Under the pieces are notes generated by a model. The model ran no database searches. It was given only the letters and a program-made list of their open reading frames with translations, and was not told where the DNA came from. A stretch of 64,000 bases of DNA from contig NC_043000.1 of the NCBI RefSeq assembly GCF_006345805.1, positions 131,006,001 to 131,070,000 on the forward strand, given 5' to 3'. The position numbers and the translations under genes are program-made. Positions 52,420-64,000 of this stretch are shown here, piece by piece (the stretch's first letter is position 1; each line of letters opens with the position of its first letter). Origin of the DNA: Octopus sinensis (lineage: Eukaryota).

Positions 52420-52675
52420 CAAAAGAGATCAAAAGCCGTTCCCGATGCATAGGCTCGTAACGGCGATCTCCTGGATTCTGTGACGAATATAATGCCCCCT
52501 AGATGGGACGCCAGTCCGTCACAGGATTACTCGTATTTACCAGCTGAGTAGACAGGAACAATGTGAAATGAAATGTTTTGCTCAAAGACACAGCACATCG
52601 GCCGGTCTGGGAATCGAAACCATAATCTTACGATCATAAGTGCAGCATCCAAACCATTAAGAAATGCACCACCAC
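52420..52675 (-). mobile_element. SINE head D, diverged
   Basis: Similar to 22243-22493. Confidence 0.7.
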
Positions 52676-52781
52676 ATTGATACATACTTATGTGTCATGA
52701 GTCTGATGGTGGGTCCTGGTTCGGCAGTTCCAGAGTTTTGAGAAGTGTGGGACCACTTTCTAGTCACTATTATTTCCATAT

Positions 52782-53292
52782 AGGCGCAGGAGTGGCTGTC
52801 TGGTAAGTAGCTTGCTTACCAACCACATGGCCCCGGGTTCAGTCCCACTGCGTGGCATCTTAGGCAAGTGTCTTCTACTATAGCTTCGGGCCGACCAAAG
52901 CCTTATGAGTGAATTTGGTAGACAGAAATTGAAAGAAGCCCGTCGTATGTGTATGTGTGTGTGTGTATGTGTGTGTGTGTGTGTGTGGTGTGTGTGTGTG
53001 TGTGTGTGTGTGCGTGCGTGCGTGTGCGTGCGTGCGTGTGCGTGCGTGCGTGCGTGCGTGCGTGCGTGTGCGTGCGTGCGTGTGTCCGTGTTTGTTCCCT
53101 AACATCGCTTGACAACCGATGCTAGTGTGTTTACGTCCCCGTAACTTAGCGGTTCGACAAAAAAGACCGATAGAGTAAGTACTAAGCTTACAAAGAATAA
53201 GTCCTGGGATCGATTTCTTCGACTAAAGCGGTGCTCCAGCATGGCCGCAGTCAAATGACTGAAACAAGTAAAAGAGTAAAAGAGTGAAAGAG
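52782..53292 (+). mobile_element. SINE family B
   Basis: Matches family B. Confidence 0.9.
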
Positions 53293-53339
53293 TATATCTA
53301 CTCGGACTAGGATAGCAGCACCTGCCAGGATCCTAGTCA

Positions 53340-53459
53340 TTGAGTTAATTAGCATATCACGGAATTGCCTCTGGCAAAAAGTCATTTACAGACACCTCAA
53401 CGGATTCAGGACAGACGAAGCCCTTCAGCATTTTATCAACTCATCTACGACAAGGTAAG
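53340..53459 (+). other. Candidate non-coding first exon of the C2H2 gene
   Basis: Consensus donor AAG|GTAAGT at 53454; octamer-like ATTAGCAT upstream; acceptors at ~58153 and ~58405 before the ZNF ATG. Confidence 0.3.
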
Positions 53460-53823
53460 TGTATGAAAATCTTGAATCCTGATGATTACTGTGCAGGTGA
53501 TACTAGTCAGACTAGAGCAATCCAAGTTTGAAAAGCGACAGAATGAGACTAGCTCTGCATAAAGTATACCTACAATGATAATATTCAAATTTCAGTTTCT
53601 TTAACAAACCAAGACACCAGCACCATCACATTTTCTTCATAAGTCCAGTAGAGATAGGGAAAGAGGCGATATGTATAAGTAATGGATGCAACTGAAAGTC
53701 TTCAACTTTAACTCTTCACTCCGGCAGCCGCAAGGTGATGGCGGCAGTCTAATGACTGGAATGAGACAAAATTAAAAGCTACATACATACATGCATGCAT
53801 ACATACATACATACATACATACA

Positions 53824-53854
<31 letters not shown>

Positions 53855-55046
53855 GTACATACATGCATAGGTACGTACGTACGCACGCGCGCATGCGTGC
53901 GTGCGTACGTGGAGTACGTGGAGTATATCCAGCAAGCATTTCATAGAAGCTATTGATCTACATTTATTTATTTTAGAGCCAAATTACATGTATATTCTTT
54001 AATAGGATTCACTGTTTCACTGTAAAATATTGCGTAAAACATATTCCTCTCAACGTTTCTTGTAATTACTTAAGTAAACTGTTTACTATTACTCTGTATA
54101 AAAAGTAATTAACTATATTATTGCTGAGCTGTAGAAAGGGCTACGAAAGTTGTAGAGTTAAGATGATCACTTCACAAGAAAGTCTCGGTCCCGCTGCATG
54201 GGACTTTGGCAGGTATCAATTGACCTCTTTTTCTTCTTTTTTTTATTAGTGACATTTCATACACGGAAAGCGTGCAGAGAATCATAGGAACTATTCACAG
54301 ATGGTAGTATTCGTCCCTCCCTTGGTTTAATATTCCCGCTCGACCCATGGGTTCTTTTAGCAGAACCAATTCTGTTACAAATATTAAGTTAAGAACTAAG
54401 ACTTGAGGATAACTTTTTCCCTCCGTTCTACGGTTTCACAGAGAGGGTAATTTCAACAGCATTATAGCCTCACCCCACCGCCCGAAGCAAAACAATGCAT
54501 TCGAGCCTATAGTATTTATTTATCGACATCAAACCATAGCATACTTAGATTGTCGTTGGGTCTCTAGATCCATGGGGTCGCCAAACATCTTCCCATTTTG
54601 CTCATTCCTTAAGACAGCAGTGCCCTGAAGCCGTGGAGACGTGTGTTTGTGTGTACCAGTGTAAATGGGTAATCACTATTTGGTGGAGATCGATAGTTAT
54701 ACATAGCTATTTGATGGAGATCGATAAAACATGTATGGAACAGGAATAATTACGGAATTTGACTATGACGTTGTTGCCCCAACATGGCCACAGTTCAATA
54801 AGTGAAACGAGTAAAAGAACAAAAAAATATGTAAATTATCGAATCGCTTTAATTGTATTTTAACAAGGAAGGTAACTCAGTTAGCACGTTAGACATCAAG
54901 GGAGATAACTATAAAACCAAGGGGAACAACTACAGATTAACTATAATACTACTTGTTATTTATTAGTAATATGGTCAACAGATAAGAGATAATTCTAAAT
55001 ATATTTCTCCATTGATTTCGAAATTCTTTTGAGTTATCCTCTAACG

Positions 55047-55225
55047 CAGTGGTTTTCAACCAGGGTTCCGCAAGAAGTTACAAAACTGCTAAAGTCGGCA
55101 GTAGTTTTTAATTCTCCTGTGCAGATATGTGTGCATAAGACTATTAAATTATTGTACAGGGGTTCCTCGAGCCAGTGGAATGTTTCCTTGGGGTTCCGCT
55201 CCAGCAAAAAGGTTGAAAAGCACTG
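55047..55225. mobile_element. hAT-type MITE
   Basis: TIR CAGTGGTTTTCAACC / GGTTGAAAAGCACTG; TSD not preserved. Confidence 0.75.
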
Positions 55226-57167
55226 GTCTGTGTATATAACTTAGTTCAGTTTCTTGTCTTAGATATCATAAGGTCTCTGATTGTATGTATGGGAAATATG
55301 TAGCATAGTATATTTTCTACTTACCAGGAGAAAGTTTTTTGCTCATTGGCTCCTCTCGACGAGACACATAGATATTGTTGTTAGCAAAAAGGAACTCTTT
55401 TTCTGTGTTAAGAAAAGGGGTGGGTGGAGAAAATGTTATGGTGTTACAGCGATGTCATTGAAAGAAAATGTGTATATTTATATGTAGGTACCAAATATAT
55501 ATGTACGTGCTCTCGATAAATTACCATTGTTTACCATGGATAGTAGAAAAATAGATAATGTGTTGTGATCGTATATATGTTTTAGATTTGAATGCAACAC
55601 AAATAGTCAAGAAAAGGAGGCAAGGTATTCCCTCATTTTTAGTTGTTGATTAAAACTCATTTCCCCTTATTCTGTAAAACCAATTAAGCAACCAATTAAG
55701 GATGTAACGTAGTTTGTGATGAAATGAAATATTTAATCATGGAGGAGATGGAACATAGACCCTGAAATATGTAGGACACCTTATGTTATCCACAATCATT
55801 AACGTTCTCCTCAACACGAGATAATTACTACACATGATATATTTAGTTTAATTGGACTTCGTTATAAACATATTCAGTAAGCGGTGTCAGTGACAATTTT
55901 CTCCAGCTTTAATGATACCGGTGACATAGGTGGAAAGTTCCTCATATAATTTAATACATTCAGAAACACCAACATTCGCACTAATTCTTACCCTAAGTTG
56001 CATCCAATACATGATAAATCAAAAATCATCCACCACCGAGTAAAATAACCGTTGTGTTTCAATTAACGAAGAAGCCAACTCTGTTCAAAACAGCAAAACA
56101 CCCATTTAACCCTCCTCAATTTGTAATAGTGTTTAAAATGTCCTCAGTTAATACACTTGCATGAAATCTTTTAAATACGCTTTGTAAACATTAAATTAAG
56201 TCAAGACGATATTATAATTTCTTTACTGCCCACAAGGGGGTAGACATTAAGGGGACAAACAAGGACAGACAAAAGGATTAAATCGATTTATTGTATATAT
56301 AATATATAATTATGACATAAAATATTGTTGAAATAGCTTACAAGTGTGTAAAATGGGGATAAAGAAAATAGTGGAATGAACTTATGAATGGAAATAAAAC
56401 GAAGAATTCAGTCAGTCAGTAGAGGAATTTGTCGGATAATTGAGGAAATATATAATGTGATGTCATCAGGGCACTGATTCACTTATTTGCGTCTGAAAAC
56501 AGTAAGTTAACGAAGATTCACTTCAACATTGGTCTGCTAATAATAAAATTTGGCGAACCCTTTGAGGATGGAGTGATTATGTAGAAGTGAAAATACATTT
56601 AAAAAATACGCTACTTCGTTCTGAGTACAGGATAATATCCTTACAAACTGGAATATCGATCAGTTATTTTTGAAAACCTAGTTATCATATTACATGTGGT
56701 TTAAAGTAACTCCTATTCATTTTGCCCAGATTACATACGATTGAATTTTACTTGATTATATACTGTAATTTAGAACATAAGTCTAATGTCACGTCCTTTT
56801 TGAGTGTCTGAGTAAGTATGAATGAGAGCAAGCATCCTATTGGGATTTGAACTCACAGGGTAAAGGCATGGAAAGTTACCTCAGTGATAACTAGCTTCTG
56901 GTAACCAAACGTTCGCAACGACATCGCTTTCTGATCCTTCGATACTCTTCCTATCGTGAAGCAGATTTCGAAAAGCTATATCTGTTTTTTCATCGCCTTT
57001 TTAATTGTTTCAATTTTTGGCACTTAGCCAGAAATTTTGGTGGGAAAGATATAGTCAATAACATCAATAACTATGCACGACTGGTACTCTGATTTATCGA
57101 CCTCAAAAGTTATGAAAAACTAAGTTGATTCTCGTGGGAAGCGAACTCAAAGCGTACATAAATATAT

Positions 57168-57397
57168 CTATTTCTTTACTACCCACAAAGGGGCTAAACA
57201 CAGAGGGGGCAAATAAGGACAGACAAACGGATTAAGTCGATTACATCGACCCCAGTGCGTAACTTGTACTTAATTTATCGACCCCGAAAGGATGAAAGCA
57301 AAGTCGACCTCGGCGGAATTTGAACTCAGAACGTAACGGCAGACGAAATACGGCTACGCATTTCGCCCGGCGTGCTAACGTTTCAGCCAACTCGCCG
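57168..57397 (-). mobile_element. Young SINE A nested in an older SINE A (~57050-57876)
   Basis: CGTACATAAAT duplicated; older copy resumes after ~57812. Confidence 0.85.
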
Positions 57398-57415
57398 TCT
57401 TAAACGTACATAAAT

Positions 57416-57794
57416 GGAAGCACTCCGTCGGTTACGACGATGGGGGTTCCGGTTGATCCGAATCAACGGAACAGCCTGCTCGTGAAATTAACGTGTAAGT
57501 GGCTGAGCACTCCACAGACACGTGCACTCTTAACGTAGTTCTCGGGGATATTCAGCGTGACACAGAGAGTGACAAGGCCGGCCCTTTGAAATACAGGTAC
57601 AACAGAAACAGGAAGTAAGAGTGAGAGAAAGTTGTGGTGAAAGAGTACAGCAGGGATCACCACCATCCCCTGCCGGAGCCTCGTGGAGCTTTAGGTGTTT
57701 TCGCTCAATAAACACTCACAACGCCCGGTCCGGGAATCGAAACCGCGATCCTATGACCGCGAGTCCGCTGCCCTAACCACTGGGCCATTGCGCC
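57416..57794 (-). mobile_element. SINE head C with CGTCGTAACCG tail
   Basis: TSD GTCTTAAACGTACATAAAT. Confidence 0.9.
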
Positions 57795-58500
57795 GTCTTA
57801 AACGTACATAAATATAGACAACTACAAAACATACCGTTCAGCATTTTTTCTAACACGCTAACGGTTCTGCCAGCTCGATATATTGCCAGTCTTTTTTGTT
57901 TAAATACAAACTTGTTTATACTGAAACTGGCCTGTGGTCATTTTGATTTAAATATTACCCAGATGTCATAAACACATTTTATGGGAATAGTGGGCTTAAC
58001 CGTACAAAATACAAATTTATGAAAACAAATGATTTATTTTAGCTTTTGTTCACTGTTCATTTCTAGAGAAATGTAGCAAAATTTCCACAATTGCATCTCT
58101 ACTTTGTAACTATCCTCTGTATGTTACACTATTGTTTCTCTGTTATATTTCAGAATACCAAGTGACATCGATGGCAAAGAATTGTATACATGAGATACGT
58201 CATCAATATTTATCAACTTTTATGACAAAAAGAGGAGCTTATAAATTTTCTTGTTGACTTCATCAGAATAAACAATGAATTTTTTCTTTTAACCAGAGAT
58301 CAGTAGCAAGTTTTCTTCACTATCTGGAATGTTTACCAGTTAATTTTGCATTCTATGTAGTTAATCTTTGAGAAATTTGCAAAGAATGTTTCCTAACATT
58401 TTCAGATATCAACAAAGATCATAGTTGTTGGAAATATAGCAGAAAAAACTTTTGTTAAGAAGTGAAACATTTCTGTATTGTGGTGAAGAAATAAAAAGTT

Positions 58501-60177
<1,677 letters not shown>

Positions 60178-60216
60178 CTGTATCATCTCATCATCACCAA
60201 GCTTCTTATTTCTTAA

Positions 60217-60622
60217 ATTTCTTTATTGCCACACGGGGCTAAACATAGAAGGGACAGACAAAGGATTAAGTCAATTACATCGACCCCAGTGCGTAACTGG
60301 TACTTTAGAGCTGGCAGAAACGTTAGCACGCCGGGCGAAAATGCGTAGCCGTATTTCGTCTGCCGCTACGTTCTGAGTTCAAATTCCGCCGAGGTCGACT
60401 TTGCCTTTCATCCTTTCGGGGTCGATAAATTAAGTACCAGTTACGCACTGGGGTCGATATAATCGACTTATTCCGTTTGTCTGTCCTTGTTTGTCCTCTC
60501 TGTGTTTAGCCCCTTGTGGGTAGTAAAGAAATAGGTACTTTATTTATCAACCCCGAAAGGATGGAAGGCAAAGTCGACCGCGACAGAATTTGAACTCAGA
60601 ACGCAATGGCAGACGAAATACC
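60217..60622 (-). mobile_element. SINE A (5'-truncated) carrying an antisense nested SINE A at 60308-60533
   Basis: Nested copy flanked by 9-bp TSD GGTACTTTA (60299-60307, 60534-60542). Confidence 0.9.
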
Positions 60623-60628
60623 TATTTC

Positions 60629-60784
60629 ATTTGACTGTAGCCATGCTGGAGCACTACCTTTAGTCGAACAAATCGACCCCAGAACTTATTCTTTGTAAGC
60701 CTGGATCTTTTTGCTGAACTGCTAAGTTACGGGGACATAAACACGCGGTTGTCAAGTGATGGTGGGGAGACAAACATAGACACA

Positions 60785-60815
<31 letters not shown>

Positions 60816-61094
60816 TTACACACACACACACACACTACACACACACACACATACACACCACACATACACACACACACACACACACACCACACACACACAC
60901 ACACACACACCACACATACACACAAACACACACACATATGATAGGCTTCTTTCAGTTTCCGTCTACCAAATCCACTCTCAAGAATTCAGTCAGCCTGATG
61001 CTATAGTAGAAGACACTTGCCCAAGGTGCCACGCAGTGGGACTGAACCCGGAACCATGTGGCTGGTAAGCAAGCTACTTACCACACAGCCACTC
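60629..61094 (-). mobile_element. SINE family B with expanded (CA)n
   Basis: Reverse complement of family B. Confidence 0.88.
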
Positions 61095-61318
61095 TTGCAA
61101 GTTCATTGATCAGTTATCTTCAGTTCTGCTCATGCAACCACATGCAAGAAGAAAATCAATTCTATAACTGTTTTCCCAGCACGCTATAATAAGCAAGTTT
61201 GCTAGTATAATAACTACAAGTGGGCAGAATATTTAAAACAAAAGAACATACATGAATGTGTATTACGATCGTTAGTATAAGCTTGTTGATTTGTTATGCA
61301 CTTATGTTTTATTTATTA

Positions 61319-61836
61319 CTAGCAGTATCGCCCGGCGTTGCTCGGGTTTGTAAGGGAAATAACTATATAAGCATTTTTAGAGAGTTACTTCCTTTATAGA
61401 TGCCAATTCGGGCTTTCTTAGCCATTTCTGTTTTGGTGTCTTCAAGCCATGAAGTCGTTGTTCTAAAAGAACGCTGGTCTCCTTGACAACGCATTACGAC
61501 GTTGATTTCCTTACACTCCCTTCCCCACAGCTTCACGAGGGAGGGAAGAAGGGGGAGAAGCAAACACAGGTGCAGGTGTTTGAGCGTAGACGCCAACTCC
61601 GCCGCCATCGACACACGAAAAATTATGCATTAAAATGGAATAAAAAAATGATGTTAAATTATTTTTTAAATCGTAGACTCATCGTAGACGCGCGCTAATA
61701 GCCAGACGGGCTCGATATGAATCACGACTATAAGATACCCGAATTTGGTTAAACTGCACCGCAAAATGTGGGAGGAGTTAGGAATCAAAATCGTAGGAGA
61801 CAGACACTCACACAACTACAGTTTTATATATATAGA
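61319..61836 (-). mobile_element. Non-autonomous Helitron
   Basis: 5' TC, 3' hairpin CCCG..CGGG + CTAG; related to 27563-27839. Confidence 0.8.
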
Positions 61837-61973
61837 TTTTGCGCATTACTTAATCATCGTTATATGTTTTATCTTATATTTAATCTTTCTATAATATGTA
61901 ATTTAATTTTTCATTATTGAATTGATAAAACGTGTTTTTTTTTCTAATTTATATATATATATATATATATATG

Positions 61974-63025
61974 CAGGGGTTGGACAAAAATAATGGAAAT
62001 ACTAACATCATCATAGCATCATAATTTTGAAATATCTATAAAACCGTCAAAAGCTTGTTAATTTTTAAGCTTTTGAAAATTTATTATTAGTGTTGCTTAA
62101 TATGTTTTGCTAAAATTGCTGCTTCTTTTCAGATATCATCAAAAGAAAGGTAATTAAAATCCATTAAAATGACAGATCTCTAACGACAGAAATTGATTAC
62201 TAAACAATATTATGAAATATCGGAGTCAGCTGTTGTGACGATAAGAAGTTGTTGTTATAATTGCATACTATAGGATGTGAAAGATGAACAATGCATGAAG
62301 TTTTAAGAAAGTATTTATTTACCGTTACGTTACATTACCTTGCCTCGACGGGCAGGTTATGATCAATCCAAGAGCATACGAAAGAAAGTTAGATGTTTCT
62401 TTACATAGTTTGGCGTATATGAATAGTTAGTAGTAATCCACAGATAGCGATAGAATGTTGTTGTAAGAGAACATAATTAGAGGAAGAGAGAATGGTAGGG
62501 TGTTCACTCACAGTTGCTGACAGTAATTTTTATTTCTCTCGCTGATCATTAAATTTAGTAGAGGTACTCCTTGTGATCATGATTCTAGCAGTCCGTTCCC
62601 TAACTAATTGAGTCGCCACGAGCTGCCTTGTTCAGTTGTCGCCAAGTGACTACTTGTTTGAGTCGTCACCGAAGTGACTGACTGATTTTTGCTTGGGGTG
62701 TGCTTGCTTATACAACTATCTAGAAAGATAGATATATCATTGAGAACAATAGATTTAGTTGGTGGTCTTGTTATCTCTATTCTAGCTTTTGGTGGAGTAG
62801 AAGAGATTAGAAAGGGTCAAGTGGTGAAAACATTATTTCGGCCTAGCTAAAGGCATCTGGAAAATGTAAAACTGCTGTCAGAGAAATACCATTGTTCCAT
62901 CGTGGGGAAAGTTCTGTTGCAGTGTTAATTTAAATTTGGCTATGGTAGATCGAATCCACTTCATGCTTGCAAAATCCACTACAGATCTATCGGACTTTCA
63001 GAGAGGTCAAATTGTTGGTGCTCGT
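61974..63025 (+). mobile_element. Tc1 5' end interrupted by an ~800-bp insertion
   Basis: CAGGGGTTGGACAAAA terminus; MTDL (62169) resumes as TDLSDFQRGQIVGAR (62981). Confidence 0.7.
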
Positions 63026-63225
63026 ATATATAAAAGGGAATCCCGATGCTAAAGCATTCAAGGATGTCTAAGAAACTGAGTTTTCTACCTATATAATGAC
63101 ACTTAACGGAAAAGTAGTGGAGACACTGGTTAGTCTAGAAAATGATTTGGTTTCACGTATGAAACTCGAAATAAGAATGTGTTATGCTCAACAGACTATA
63201 TTACACATGCGCGCGCACACATGCA

Positions 63226-63543
63226 CATCATCATCATCATCGTTTAACGTCCGTTCTCCATGCTAGCATGGGTTGGACAGTTCGACTGGGGATCTGGGAA
63301 GGCAGAAGGCTGCACCAGGCTCCAGTCTGATCTGGCAATGTTTCTACAGCTGGATGCCCTTCCTAACGCCAACCACTCCGTGAGTGTAGTGGGTGCTTTT
63401 TACGTGCCACCGGCACAGGTGCCAGGCGAGGCTGGCAACGGCCACGTTCGGATTGGTGCATTTTACGTGCCACCAGCACGGAAGCCAGTGAAGGCGGCGC
63501 TGACATCAGCCCCGATTCGGGTGGTGCTTTTTACGTGCCACCA
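63226..63543 (-). mobile_element. 5'-truncated SINE/LINE-tail element ending in (GAT)n
   Basis: (CAT)n end, GGATGCCCTTCCTAACGCCAACC motif, three internal TTTTACGTGCCACC repeats. Confidence 0.7.
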
Positions 63544-63904
63544 CACATAAATATATTTACGCTAGTACATACGACACAAAGGGCAACAATAACTCTGTCT
63601 TTCTCTTGAAAGAGGAAAAATAAAGAAAAAGAATCACAACAAAAAGTCACTGTTTATAGCTACAATGTGAGGTTTTTATTAACTTGTAATTCTTGAATCA
63701 TGATCAGGAAATCTGTTGATTGGTTAGTTAGGTTTTTAAGCGGATGAAGACGGTTACGGTATCACCAATACTATATCCTGGAATGAATAAAAGCAACAAC
63801 AATGACAACAAGAACAGCAAATAAAACAACAGTAATATCAGTAATGGATAATATTATCCTCAATAATTCTAATGACGGCGATCTTAAATAATCACCATCA
63901 CACA

Positions 63905-63981
63905 GGACGAAAAGCTTAGCGGCGTTTTGTCCATCTTTACGTTCTGAGTTCAAATTCCACCTAGGTCGACTTTACCTTTCA
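63905..63981 (+). mobile_element. SINE family A fragment
   Basis: TTACGTTCTGAGTTCAAATTCC..GGTCGACTTT. Confidence 0.7.
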
Positions 63982-64000
63982 GCTGATATCCTCGCTGTTT

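Overview
AT-rich, microsatellite- and transposon-dense animal genomic DNA, most likely a coleoid cephalopod (Octopus-type tRNA-derived SINE families and a tandem C2H2 zinc-finger gene; organism call is inference). Most ORFs in the supplied track are microsatellite or SINE artefacts. Two host genes are recognisable, both interrupted inside the coding exon by 5'-truncated LINEs: a long divergent linker histone H1 gene (minus, ~31527-32806) and an ~11-finger C2H2 gene (plus, 58501-60177). Mobile elements include a full-length L1/Tx1-type LINE (42119-47472, 16-bp TSD) sitting inside a SINE that shares its 3' tail, itself inside a mariner relic; a Penelope-like element (RT + GIY-YIG); R4/Dong, CR1, mariner/Tc1 and hAT relics; Helitron-like and MITE elements; and four SINE head types with interchangeable tails. 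Most notable: the LINE/SINE pair repeatedly inserting at GGTA(T/C)TT sites inside the SINE itself; a LINE insertion in the H1 exon whose boundaries form a GT..AG intron that would restore the sequence exactly; and several minimal hammerhead-ribozyme motifs, including a U3-A8 covariant core at the Penelope 3' end. All calls were made by eye, with no database searches; frameshifts may partly be assembly indels.
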